Below are positions 10,167 to 20,104 of a stretch of DNA of 64,000 bases, piece by piece (within the stretch, counting starts at the first letter, position 1; every line of letters starts with the position of its first letter). Below the pieces are notes generated by a model. That model made no database searches. It was given only the letters and a program-made list of their open reading frames with translations, and was not told the DNA's origin. The stretch is taken from assembly GCA_943359335.1 (NCBI GenBank), contig CALRHC010000002.1:1290-65289 (forward strand), in the 5' to 3' direction. A program made the translations under genes and the position numbers. This DNA comes from Candidatus Yanofskybacteria bacterium (GTDB taxonomy: Bacteria > Patescibacteriota > Minisyncoccia > JACQLN01).

Positions 10167-10997
10167 TTAGATACCAAAAACCGAACGAGCGTTTTCTATG
10201 GTGTGATGAGAAACTTCTTCGAAATCAATATTTTTTATTTCACCAATTTTTTTAGCCACCTCCGCCACATACACAGGCTCGTTACGCTGACCGCGAAATG
10301 GCGCTGGAGTTACATAAGGAGCATCAGTTTCTAAAAGCAAACGGTTAATAGGAACAGTTTTTATAATTTCGTCGTAATCGCGAGTAAAAGTTACTACACC
10401 ACCAAATGTAAAATAAAAACCCATATCTAAAAGCATGGTCGCTTGTTTCAAGTCACCACTAAAAAAATGTATTATACCCGGAACAGTTTGTAATTTATGC
10501 CGATTATCCCTTAAAACATTTAACAAATCGTCGAAAGCTTTGCGACAGTGAATCATTAAAGGTTTTTTAACCTCATATGCTAATTCTATTTGTTCTATGA
10601 AAACTTTCTCCTGTTTTTTTCTATATTCTGCCGAATGATAATAATCTAAGCCGCACTCACCTATAGCCACAACTTTTGGATTAAGTGCCAATTTTTTATA
10701 TTCTTCGTAATCAAAAACCTCACCCTTACTGGTAAATTCCGTTCCTCCTTCACCAAGCTCAGCTTTGTCATGAAAAGATTTATCGGTATGGACCGGATGT
10801 AAACCAACAGTTGCATAAACACCTTGCGAATACTTTTCGGCAAGTTTAATTGCTTCAAGAGAAGTGTCTTTTTGTGTACCAACATTTACCATCCAGATTC
10901 CAGCATCTAAAGATCTTTTTATAACTTCATCTCTATCGTCTTTATAGGCTACAAATTGAACGTGGGTATGGGCGTCGATTAATTTTGGATTATTCAT
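10167..10997 (-). CDS. tatD: TatD family hydrolase
   Basis: IDAHTH, GLHP, IGECGLD, LLETDAPY. Confidence 0.93.
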   Translation of the reverse strand: MNNPKLIDAHTHVQFVAYKDDRDEVIKRSLDAGIWMVNVGTQKDTSLEAIKLAEKYSQGVYATVGLHPVHTDKSFHDKAELGEGGTEFTSKGEVFDYEEYKKLALNPKVVAIGECGLDYYHSAEYRKKQEKVFIEQIELAYEVKKPLMIHCRKAFDDLLNVLRDNRHKLQTVPGIIHFFSGDLKQATMLLDMGFYFTFGGVVTFTRDYDEIIKTVPINRLLLETDAPYVTPAPFRGQRNEPVYVAEVAKKIGEIKNIDFEEVSHHTIENARSVFGI

Positions 10998-11014
10998 TAA
11001 TTTAAACTTATTAA

Positions 11015-11111
11015 AACATCTCTCCTAACAGCGATATATGAAGTTTGCCTAAGCAAGGTTCATCGTCAACTGACTTAGGTTTTCTCCATAAATGCTGTTG
11101 GGAGAGATGTT
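11015..11111 (-). repeat. Dispersed stem-loop element, family B copy 1
   Basis: Arms AACATCTCTCCTAACAGC / GCTGTTGGGAGAGATGTT around a core shared with 19962-20070. Confidence 0.85.
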
Positions 11112-11127
11112 AGGAAAAAACTTACCC

Positions 11128-11220
11128 TAATATCATTTTGAGCGATTTCAAGGAGGTTCGATTTAATATAAAGAGGGAGGATGTAAGTGCTCCTCCTTGC
11201 AGGAGCGAAAAATGATATTA
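11128..11220 (-). repeat. Family A copy 2
   Basis: Same core; arms TAATATCATTTT / AAAATGATATTA; after the metG stop. Confidence 0.9.
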
Positions 11221-11228
11221 AAAAACAA

Positions 11229-12692
11229 TTAACTCAACCTAGGAAACAAATTATCACCCTTCTTAAAATTAATAGATGACTCGGAAAACCAAATTTGTTT
11301 TCTAATCTTTTCGCCTGCTTCTGGTAAAAATGGTTCAACTAAGTTTAGAATAACACCAAGTAAATAACCAGAGTTAGTCATTATTTTTTTAAATTGTTCT
11401 TCGTCTTTAACTTCCCAAGGTTTTTTGTCATTAATATATTTATCGGCAAAAGAAATTAAACCCCAAACATTAATTAAGGCTTCGTGTAGTTTAATTTCGC
11501 TTAAAGAAGATTCGTATTCTTTATAAAAATCATTGCAAACTTTTTTAACCTCGGGTTCTATATCTATAGAAAAATCAAATTTTACTGGGCTAATTTTTTC
11601 GCCTAATGTAACTGTACGGGCTACTAAGTTACCCAAACCATTGGCTAAATCGGCGGAATATCTATCTTCAAACTTTCTCAAACTAAAATCTCCATCATCA
11701 TAAGAAGGGATTTCTCGTAAAAGATAATAACGCAACGCATCCGTTCCATATTTTTTAGCAAGCGACACAGGGTCTACAATATTACCCAAACTTTTAGACA
11801 TCTTTTGTCCTTCAACCGAAATAAAACCATGAACAAAAATAGATTTTGGTAATGGCAAACCAGCCGACAAAAGTATACCCGGCCAAATAGCGGCGTGAAA
11901 ACGTAGAATATCCTTGCCTATCACTTGGAGATCGGCTGGCCAAAGTTTTTTAAATTGTTCAGTTTCATTTCCGTAACCAACAGCTGTAATATAGTTAGCC
12001 AAAGCATCGCACCAAACATACATAACTTGTTGTGCATCATTTGGTACTGGAATACCCCAAGGCAAATCTTTTTTGGGTCTAGAGAAACTAATATCTTCCA
12101 AACCAGATTCTATAAAAGATAAAATTTCATTTTTGCGCGATTCTGGAATTATTCTTAATTCATCATTCCTAATTCTTAATTCTATTTCTTTTTGGTATTT
12201 TGAAAGTTTAAAAAACCAGTTTTCTTGCTCCACTGTTTCTGGTTCTTTTTGGTGATCTAGGCATTTACCATCTATTAAATCTTTTTCTGTTTTAAAAGAT
12301 TCACAACCAACACAATAAAGTCCATTATATTTTTTCTTATAAATATCGCCCGAATCCAAAAGTTTCTGCCACAGCTTTTGAACACCTGGCCAATGATTTT
12401 TTTGATCAGTTGTTCTAATAAAACCATCCCAAGAAAGATTTAAAACATCTTTTAACTGTTTAAAATATTCTGCGTTTTCATTTACAAAATCCTGCACATC
12501 TTTATTCTCTCTTTCGGCTGCACGAAAAATCTTAACACCGTGTTCGTCGGTACCTGTTAAAAAGAAAACATCGTCACCTTTTATTCTGTGATAACGTGCC
12601 AAAACATCCGCTTGAATCTTTTCTAAAGCGTGTCCAATATGTGGTTTACCATTAACATAATCAATGGCTGTTGTAATATAAAACTTGTTCAT
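11229..12692 (-). CDS. metG: Methionine-tRNA ligase
   Basis: ITTAIDYVNG.PHIGH, YVWCDAL, KMSKS. Confidence 0.96.
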   Translation of the reverse strand: MNKFYITTAIDYVNGKPHIGHALEKIQADVLARYHRIKGDDVFFLTGTDEHGVKIFRAAERENKDVQDFVNENAEYFKQLKDVLNLSWDGFIRTTDQKNHWPGVQKLWQKLLDSGDIYKKKYNGLYCVGCESFKTEKDLIDGKCLDHQKEPETVEQENWFFKLSKYQKEIELRIRNDELRIIPESRKNEILSFIESGLEDISFSRPKKDLPWGIPVPNDAQQVMYVWCDALANYITAVGYGNETEQFKKLWPADLQVIGKDILRFHAAIWPGILLSAGLPLPKSIFVHGFISVEGQKMSKSLGNIVDPVSLAKKYGTDALRYYLLREIPSYDDGDFSLRKFEDRYSADLANGLGNLVARTVTLGEKISPVKFDFSIDIEPEVKKVCNDFYKEYESSLSEIKLHEALINVWGLISFADKYINDKKPWEVKDEEQFKKIMTNSGYLLGVILNLVEPFLPEAGEKIRKQIWFSESSINFKKGDNLFPRLS

Positions 12693-12717
12693 GATTTTAG
12701 AACTTAGGATTTAGAGT

Positions 12718-13767
12718 TTAGGAATTTTGGCTTTCTTCATGATGATGTCCAAAATCTTTTATAATTTCTACTAAAACTACAGCTACCGGCACCGAAAGAA
12801 TTATACCTGGTATACCAAATAACTCACCGCCAATAAGTAAAGCAATTATAACCACTACAGGATTGAGTCCAATAGCGCGGTTCATTATATTAGGCACAAA
12901 AACATGATTTTCTAATTGGTGGACAATAGTGTAAATAAGAATAACCCAAAGAGCAACAATTGGAGATTTCAAAAGACCCAAAATAATAGCTGGTACCGCA
13001 GCAAGCACTGGGCCAAATATTGGAATAATTTCCATCATGCCCGCAATTAAAGCCAAAAGAACACTGTGTTTTATACCAAAAATTAAAAGTCCGATATAAA
13101 TTAAAACGCCTACAATTATACTAAGTATAAGTTGAGCTTGCAGCCAACGGCCAAGTTTATATTGCGCACGCGACCAAAGATTTAAAACGTAGGGCTGTTT
13201 TTCTTTTGTTGTAACTGCTCGTAAAAAAATACTAATACCATGCTCTTGAGCAGCCAAGTAAAAAGAAATTACAATAACAAAAACCGCAGAAATAACTCCA
13301 CCAAAAATTCCTGTTGTTGCTCCAAAAATATTTCCAGAAATATTAGCAAGATCATTACTTACGGCAACAAGGTTATCTTGAATTTTGTTTAACAACTGTT
13401 CGTACTGCGGAGCAGAGTCTCTGATGACTTTAAAAAAACCATCTACTTTATCGAAGTACAAAGGAACAACCAAAGAAAGATTATCTAACTCTTCCGATAA
13501 CGGAGAAATTATAAAATATAATACTGTTCCTAAAAATAAAAACAATAAAAGATAGATAGCAAAAACACCGAGCGTTCTGGGTATACCTTTGCTTTGTAAA
13601 TAATTAGCTAGCGGAGTAATGGCAGCTGCTATTATAATGGAAAACAAAAGTACCGCTACTACATCGCGGATCAAATATATGAGTGCCAAACCCAGCACAA
13701 TAGCAAAAGCACGGAGTAAAGTTTCCGTGTTTATGCTGATGTGTGTATGAGATAACGGAGATTTCAA
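12718..13767 (-). CDS. AI-2E family transporter
   Basis: Multi-TM, IPIFGP, QLENHVFVP, GIILSVP. Confidence 0.88.
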   Translation of the reverse strand: MKSPLSHTHISINTETLLRAFAIVLGLALIYLIRDVVAVLLFSIIIAAAITPLANYLQSKGIPRTLGVFAIYLLLFLFLGTVLYFIISPLSEELDNLSLVVPLYFDKVDGFFKVIRDSAPQYEQLLNKIQDNLVAVSNDLANISGNIFGATTGIFGGVISAVFVIVISFYLAAQEHGISIFLRAVTTKEKQPYVLNLWSRAQYKLGRWLQAQLILSIIVGVLIYIGLLIFGIKHSVLLALIAGMMEIIPIFGPVLAAVPAIILGLLKSPIVALWVILIYTIVHQLENHVFVPNIMNRAIGLNPVVVIIALLIGGELFGIPGIILSVPVAVVLVEIIKDFGHHHEESQNS

Positions 13768-15035
13768 AATTTTAATATCCCTTCAAAGCCTGCCTTGTCC
13801 TTAAGCGGCCCAATTACGGCCAAGTTGAGATTCTTATCTTGGAAGATATCTTCGGCCACATTCTTTATGTCGGCCAAAGTAACTTTATCCATCATACTGA
13901 ACTTTTGTTCAACTGTCAATACATCATTGGTTAATACCTCCTGAAGGCCGAAAAATGAGGCTAAATCATCGGAAGCTTCTAATCCTAGTAGCGTTCCACC
14001 TCTTATAAAATCCTTAGCTTTTTGGAGCTCTTTTTCCTCTACTCCATTGGCTTTTATCTTTTTTAGTTCTGCCATTATGGCTTCCACTGCTTCAGCAACT
14101 CTAGCAGTATCAACACCGGAACTTACTTCAAAGTAACCGTGATCTAGTGAAAGTGTAGAAGACGCACGAATGTAATAGCCTAAACCAAGTTCATCGCGAA
14201 TTCTAATAAACAATCTAGAAGACATGCCTCCACCTAAAATTGTGGCAAGCAATCCCAAAGCCCAGCGCCGTGGGTCGAACATATTATAAGCCCGAGCACC
14301 TAAAATTATATGGCACTGATCGGTTTCTTTATAAAAAACTTTTATCTGTGGCGCACTCTGAGATTCCACGCATGGAAGTGGTTTTGGTACATCGCCTTCT
14401 TTTACAGTACTAAAATATTTGTGTACTTTTTCTTTTGCGTTTTCAGCAGTAATGTTTCCCGCAACTACCACGACTACACCCTTTGAACGATAATGCTTAT
14501 CCATATAATCTATAAAATGTTGTCGGTTTATAGAACGTATAACTTCTTTTCTGCCGGCAATATCCCAACCTGCGGGTTGATCGCCGTATAATAATTCTTC
14601 AAAAAGATCACCAATCTTTCGCATTGGTGTATCTTCATACATATCTATTTCGCCAATAATTACACCGCGTTCTTTTTCTATTTCTTCTTGTGGAATTGTA
14701 GAATTTAAAAATATATCACTTACAACATCAAAAGCTAAATCGGAATGTTTGCTGTCTACCTTAACCCAATAGCCTGTTAATTCTTTATCTGTAAAAGCGT
14801 TATACGCCGCACCCACTGCATCTAGTTCGTGGGCAATATCCGATTTCCCTGGGCGTTTGGTAGTGCCTTTAAAAAACATATGCTCCAAAAAATGCGAAAT
14901 ACCATTTATATCTTTTGTTTCGTAACGCGAACCGGTGCCTGCCAAAACAAGCAAGGTTAAAGTTTGAGTTCCTTGCATAGGAACATAAATTGCGCGTAGT
15001 CCATTTGGCCAAACATCTTTTGTAAAATTATGCAT
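13764..15035 (-). CDS. M16 family (pitrilysin-like) peptidase
   Basis: HFLEH, NAFT, SSRLF..IR..LGL.Y. Confidence 0.92.
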   Translation of the reverse strand: MHNFTKDVWPNGLRAIYVPMQGTQTLTLLVLAGTGSRYETKDINGISHFLEHMFFKGTTKRPGKSDIAHELDAVGAAYNAFTDKELTGYWVKVDSKHSDLAFDVVSDIFLNSTIPQEEIEKERGVIIGEIDMYEDTPMRKIGDLFEELLYGDQPAGWDIAGRKEVIRSINRQHFIDYMDKHYRSKGVVVVVAGNITAENAKEKVHKYFSTVKEGDVPKPLPCVESQSAPQIKVFYKETDQCHIILGARAYNMFDPRRWALGLLATILGGGMSSRLFIRIRDELGLGYYIRASSTLSLDHGYFEVSSGVDTARVAEAVEAIMAELKKIKANGVEEKELQKAKDFIRGGTLLGLEASDDLASFFGLQEVLTNDVLTVEQKFSMMDKVTLADIKNVAEDIFQDKNLNLAVIGPLKDKAGFEGILKF

Positions 15036-15231
15036 AATTTGTTTTTAAAATTTAGATTAAAATATGTCTTAAAAACAGAATAACAGTTTTTGTTTTATAT
15101 TAAAACCCTCTAGTATAAAATCATTTTGTTTTTATAAATAAAAAACCCTGCACTTAATATGTGTTAAATTGCAGGGCCTTTAAAAAATATAATAACTATC
15201 AAGAAACCATAAAAAGTGTCAACGAAAGGAA

Positions 15232-15894
15232 CTATGAAGTCTTTTTCTGACTCATTAACCATGAATAAACAACTACACAAAACAACATTACACCAAATAT
15301 CCAAAGCAATCCATGTTTTAAAAAGGAATGATCGCTATCCCAAAAAATTATGCAGTACAACCAAACTAACCAGTTAAAACCAGGGATCAATAAAACAACG
15401 GCTGGCTCACTTTTTCTACCAGTTGACCAAGCACTTAAATAAGGAAAAATATATATAACCAAGCCACAAAGAAAAAGAACAAAACTCCCAATTATACCGC
15501 TAGAATCCTCTAGGCTCTGTATTTTCTGTTTTATCCCTCTTTCTGACTTGGTTCTTTCGAATTCCTCTTTTTCTTTAGCCGCTATTTCAGCGCGACGTAT
15601 TGCCTCTTCTTTTTCTCTCTTCTGAACTTGCACCCAGTATTCGTCGTTAACTTCCCCATGACAAAGAGGACACCTTGACGCATTACGCTTAAGAGTTTGA
15701 AACAAGCAATGCGGACAACTATGTTGGCCGGGATTAAACTGTTTATACCGCACATCAGAGAGTACATTAAGAGATTCTTCGTGTTCTCTTTTTTGTTGCC
15801 TAAGAATTTCTTCATGCCTTTCTTCCGCCATACATCGAGGACATTCTGATCCTCTATAATCAATGCCATGCCAACCACAATATAAAGTTGCCAT
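15232..15894 (-). CDS. Orphan membrane protein with Cys-rich zinc-ribbon N-terminus
   Basis: CGWH..CPRC and CPHC..CPLC pairs, charged linker, 3 TM segments; own promoter. Confidence 0.7.
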   Translation of the reverse strand: MATLYCGWHGIDYRGSECPRCMAEERHEEILRQQKREHEESLNVLSDVRYKQFNPGQHSCPHCLFQTLKRNASRCPLCHGEVNDEYWVQVQKREKEEAIRRAEIAAKEKEEFERTKSERGIKQKIQSLEDSSGIIGSFVLFLCGLVIYIFPYLSAWSTGRKSEPAVVLLIPGFNWLVWLYCIIFWDSDHSFLKHGLLWIFGVMLFCVVVYSWLMSQKKTS

Positions 15895-16023
15895 TTATAA
15901 CCCCCCATAGCTACGTATTGTATAAAGATTGTAAAGAACTTTAGAATATATAATATCAGAAATTATACTGTACGTCAAACATAACCGTAAACCACAACAG
16001 TAAGTAATACTATATAATTACAG

Positions 16024-17328
16024 TTATGATCGAATTTTAGATCTCAAAAAATTATCTAATTCCGAAATTTTTATTCTTTCCTGCGTGGTAGTGTCTCTGT
16101 CCCGGATTGTTACTGTTTCGTCTTCCAAAGTTTGAAAATCTACCGTTATGCAATATGGTGTACCAATTTCATCTTGGCTATAATAACGTTTGCCAACATT
16201 ACCTCTATCATCCCACGCTACCACAAATTCTTTTTTTAAACTGGTATAAACTTTTTTGGCCGCTTCCACAAGTTCTGGTTTATTTTTCATTAAAGGAAAC
16301 ACTGCGGCTTTGTAAGGCGCTATCTTGGGGCTTAATTTTAAAACAGTTCGGCTAGAATCGGTATCATCGTAGGCGCTACATAAAATAGCAAGTAACGATC
16401 TATCTACGCCCCACGTAGGTTCAATAACATGCGGCCAATACTCTTCGCCGCTAGACGTATTATCTCCTTGTTCGCGATATTTTAAATTTTGGCCAGATGC
16501 ATTTTCGTGATTTTTTAAATCAAAATCGGTTCTGTAAGCCAAACCATAAAGTTCCTTTCTACCAAAAGGGAAATCAAATTCAAAATCTATTGTGCGCTTA
16601 GAATAATGCGCCCTGTCTTCGGCAGGAATTTCTATTTCGTGAACATGTTTTAAATCTATACCAACATCTTCCATCCAACCTAGCATTTCTTTTCGCCAAT
16701 GTTCAAAGTTTTCCTGCCAAGTATCTTTTTTAATAAAGTATTCAATTTCCATTTGTTCAAATTCACGTGTTCTAAAAATAAAGTTCCCTGGTGTAATTTC
16801 GTTTCTAAAAGCTTTACCAATTTGAGCAATACCAAATGGAATTGTTTTGCGACTAGTGTCTAAAACATTTTTAAAATCTACAAACATAGCCTGCGCAGTT
16901 TCTGGTCTAAAGTAAACCGTATTTTCGGATCCTTCAGCGGGACCCAAAAAAGTTTTTAACATTAAATTAAACTGCTTAGCTTCGGTAAAAACTTTACCAC
17001 CGCACTGTTCACATGCCCCATTAAGTTGATCTTCTCTAAAACGAGAATGGCACTTAACACATTCAACCAAAGGATCGCTGAAAGTTGCTACGTGGCCACT
17101 AGCCTCCCAAACTTTCGAATTCATTATTAAAGCCGCATCTATGCCAACCACATCATCACGGCCATGCACAAATTTTTTCCACCACAACTGTTTTATATTG
17201 TTTTTTAATTCCACGCCCAAAGGGCCATAATCCCAACTATTGGCGAGGCCACCATAAATTTCGCTACCTGGGTAAACAAACCCTCGGCGTTTACATAAAG
17301 ATACAATTTTATCTATAGAATCTGTCAT
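16024..17328 (-). CDS. glyQS: Glycine-tRNA ligase, alpha2 type
   Basis: SEIYGG, RPETAQ, FRNEITP, REFEQME; start at MTDS. Confidence 0.95.
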   Translation of the reverse strand: MTDSIDKIVSLCKRRGFVYPGSEIYGGLANSWDYGPLGVELKNNIKQLWWKKFVHGRDDVVGIDAALIMNSKVWEASGHVATFSDPLVECVKCHSRFREDQLNGACEQCGGKVFTEAKQFNLMLKTFLGPAEGSENTVYFRPETAQAMFVDFKNVLDTSRKTIPFGIAQIGKAFRNEITPGNFIFRTREFEQMEIEYFIKKDTWQENFEHWRKEMLGWMEDVGIDLKHVHEIEIPAEDRAHYSKRTIDFEFDFPFGRKELYGLAYRTDFDLKNHENASGQNLKYREQGDNTSSGEEYWPHVIEPTWGVDRSLLAILCSAYDDTDSSRTVLKLSPKIAPYKAAVFPLMKNKPELVEAAKKVYTSLKKEFVVAWDDRGNVGKRYYSQDEIGTPYCITVDFQTLEDETVTIRDRDTTTQERIKISELDNFLRSKIRS

Positions 17329-17395
17329 TAGAATACTATACCAATTTGATAGCTTGTGAGCAAAAAAAATCACCCAATATTCTTTCGGGTGATTG

Positions 17396-17860
17396 CTACA
17401 CCGCTAACACTTCGGTTATTTGGCTTTCTAAAACTATGTTTATATCCTTAAAAAGAACATAGCCTTTAAACTTTTTACCTTCAAGAAACATGGGAAGCCA
17501 TAATTTATCGGCGGGCCACATAGATTCAAATGGGATTTCATTTACGTTAAACCACTCTGGTTTCATTTCTTCACTTTCAACCATGTCCCCAGTAAAATTT
17601 TTTACATGAAAAATGTGAACCTCGAGAGTTTCTGGATTGCCTTCAAATTCAAAATCCATAATACCAACTTTTTCCAATACACCAACAACAATACCTGATT
17701 CTTCTTGCATCTCTCTTTGGGCCGCTTCTTCGATGGCTTCTCCATCTTTAACTTTTCCACCAAAACCATTCCATCTACCAACACCAAAACCACGTTTCTT
17801 CATACCTAAAAGAATTTGAGAACCTTTATAGGGAATACAAAGTGTATATATTTTCTTCAT
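17396..17860 (-). CDS. NUDIX hydrolase, MTH1-like 8-oxo-dGTPase
   Basis: KKRGFG.GRWNGFGGK, Nudix box AAQREMQEESG, MWPAD. Confidence 0.9.
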   Translation of the reverse strand: MKKIYTLCIPYKGSQILLGMKKRGFGVGRWNGFGGKVKDGEAIEEAAQREMQEESGIVVGVLEKVGIMDFEFEGNPETLEVHIFHVKNFTGDMVESEEMKPEWFNVNEIPFESMWPADKLWLPMFLEGKKFKGYVLFKDINIVLESQITEVLAV

Positions 17861-17913
17861 AACTCTAAGCTCCTTTTAGATTTTAGAAAGGACTAGATTT
17901 GAATAATATACCT

Positions 17914-19284
17914 CTACTTGATTTCTAAGGTCAAACTTTGACTAGAGAAAATTTTAGAAATAGATAACCCCTCTGGCTTAGTGGTGGATTCTATTGTGGC
18001 TGTTATAGGCAACTTTAACCCACCGGAAGCATTATCTTTTACTTTAATTTTTAAAGTTATTTCTTTTTCTTCTTGCGGTTCTATACCAAACAAATCTGTA
18101 TTATTATTTTGATTTAAAATTATTGTTTTAGAAGCAGAGTCTAAACCAGTACTTGGTTGCGCTGAAGTTAAATCAAAGTTATCACTATCTAATTTAATTT
18201 TTAAAGTTAAGTTCGATAGTGGAATATCTAAATTATTTTGATAAACAATTTTATACGTAATAGTTTCTCCAGCACGTGTCGATGTTACGCCGTCCGGGCT
18301 AGTGTTAATAGATAAAGCTAAAGGCGCCACAATAAGTTTTACTGTTCCACTAGCTTCTTTATATGTTTTCCAACTTGTACCTTCCGAACCTTCCACAAAA
18401 GCCCTAAATACTTTTCCTTCGCCTTCTATACCAGTAACTAACCCCTTAATAACCAATGTTTTTTCTTCTTGAGGTAAAATAGAATCTAACTTCCAGACAT
18501 TATTAAATTCCGAAAGTTTCTCGGAAGTTTCTGTTACCCTAAAACCCGCTGGAGATTCTAAACGCAACCTAATATTATTAAAAGCAACCTCACCTTCGTT
18601 TTTTAATTTAAACCTTACCTCTACATTTTCGCCAGAAATAGTTTCGTTGGACGATTCCACATTTAAACTTATTGGGAATGAAGCAATTTTGGTAGCCGCA
18701 GTAGCAACGGATTGAAAAACTATTGTACCGGCCGAAGGCTTAAAGTTAAAAATTGCTTGAGCCTTTCTTTCAAAGTTATCGCCACCGTAAACAACTGCCT
18801 TAAATTCCCTTTCGTATAAACCACTTGGGTTAAGCACTGGAATATTAATCGTTTGTTTTAAAACACTTTGTTTAAACTGATCAGCTTCGGAAGTAGAAAT
18901 TACTGGTTGGGAAAAATCTGGAAACTGAAAGGTTAAAACACCATCCTTAAGTTCTGTTTCATTTTTATTAACCAGTCTTAATTTCCAAGTAACAGTTTCA
19001 CCCGCATCTACCTCGCTTGGAGCACTTAACTTAATTTCTACACGGTCTTTTCTAAAAGCGTAAAAACCCCGAAAGAAAACGTAAACTGCTACAGTTACTG
19101 CCAGCAAAAAGAAAATACCGGCACCAAAAAATATTTTTTTCCAGATAGCTGGCGAAGGCGCTACATCTTCTGTTAATGGCGGCGGGGCAACAACTTCTTC
19201 TTTTACAGCTTCAACTTCGACCGGAGGTAAAACTGGTTTTTGTTCGGTATAAAGCTTTTTTTGTAGTTCTTCTAAATTATCCAT
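17914..19284 (-). CDS. Membrane-anchored Ig-like/beta-rich hypothetical protein
   Basis: Single TM followed by three similar beta-rich segments. Confidence 0.7.
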   Translation of the reverse strand: MDNLEELQKKLYTEQKPVLPPVEVEAVKEEVVAPPPLTEDVAPSPAIWKKIFFGAGIFFLLAVTVAVYVFFRGFYAFRKDRVEIKLSAPSEVDAGETVTWKLRLVNKNETELKDGVLTFQFPDFSQPVISTSEADQFKQSVLKQTINIPVLNPSGLYEREFKAVVYGGDNFERKAQAIFNFKPSAGTIVFQSVATAATKIASFPISLNVESSNETISGENVEVRFKLKNEGEVAFNNIRLRLESPAGFRVTETSEKLSEFNNVWKLDSILPQEEKTLVIKGLVTGIEGEGKVFRAFVEGSEGTSWKTYKEASGTVKLIVAPLALSINTSPDGVTSTRAGETITYKIVYQNNLDIPLSNLTLKIKLDSDNFDLTSAQPSTGLDSASKTIILNQNNNTDLFGIEPQEEKEITLKIKVKDNASGGLKLPITATIESTTKPEGLSISKIFSSQSLTLEIK

Positions 19285-19377
19285 GGAGTATTCGCTAACA
19301 TACTAATTGATACTAATATTGCTAATAAAATTCATTCGCTATATTGGCACTAATTAGCCATATTCACGATAACTTAA

Positions 19378-19929
19378 TTATATCAGCTTGTCTAAATTAA
19401 CCCCAAAATTATTTAAAAACATATCTTTTATCCTTGTTCTAAGTATAGCGGAATCTGCTAGTTTAAAATCTGGTGCTCTAGGGTTTAAACCGTTGGAATC
19501 TAAGATATGGTAACACCACAAATAAGCCGACTCTTTTAAACCTTCTCGGGTGGCATATTTATTATTTAAAATAGAAAAAAAATCTGCAGTTTGTTGCCAA
19601 ATTTTTTCTTCACCCATGCCTGGTTCAAAAATCCTAAATATAATTTGTGTGGCAAAATGTGCCAACTTTAAACGATATAAATCACTTTTTAAAACCAAAT
19701 GAGAATCTTTAATTTTAAAATCTGTAATTATTGGTATATGTTTTGACGGCACAAAAAAAACTTCGGTATGATTAAACATATCTAAACCATGCCGAAGTTT
19801 GCCACTATGTTTGCGTACACTTTTTGCCTGCAATTCCATTAAGCCAAATTCTTTGGTATAAAGCGTAAAAACAGCGTCCGCTTCGCGACGTGGCGAATTT
19901 TTTAAAATAATACCTTCTATAGATTTCAT
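19378..19929 (-). CDS. recO: DNA repair protein RecO
   Basis: EGIILK..READ..LYTKEFG...AKSVRK..KL N-terminal OB fold. Confidence 0.85.
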   Translation of the reverse strand: MKSIEGIILKNSPRREADAVFTLYTKEFGLMELQAKSVRKHSGKLRHGLDMFNHTEVFFVPSKHIPIITDFKIKDSHLVLKSDLYRLKLAHFATQIIFRIFEPGMGEEKIWQQTADFFSILNNKYATREGLKESAYLWCYHILDSNGLNPRAPDFKLADSAILRTRIKDMFLNNFGVNLDKLI

Positions 19930-19961
19930 AAACGCTAAAAGTATAACAAATTAGCGCGTAA

Positions 19962-20070
19962 GACACAGCATCATTCCGAGTAGCATTATGGAGAAGACTA
20001 TCTAAAATCAATTGACGATAAACCTTGCTTAAGCAAGGTTTATATATCGTCTACGAGGAATAACGTTGTC
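19962..20070 (+). repeat. Family B copy 2
   Basis: TATGGAGAA..TCAATTGACGATAAACCTTGCTTAAGCAAGGTTTATATATCG matches the reverse complement of the core in 11015-11111. Confidence 0.85.
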
Positions 20071-20104
20071 TATAAAAACATATTTTGCGCTACACTATAT
20101 AAAA

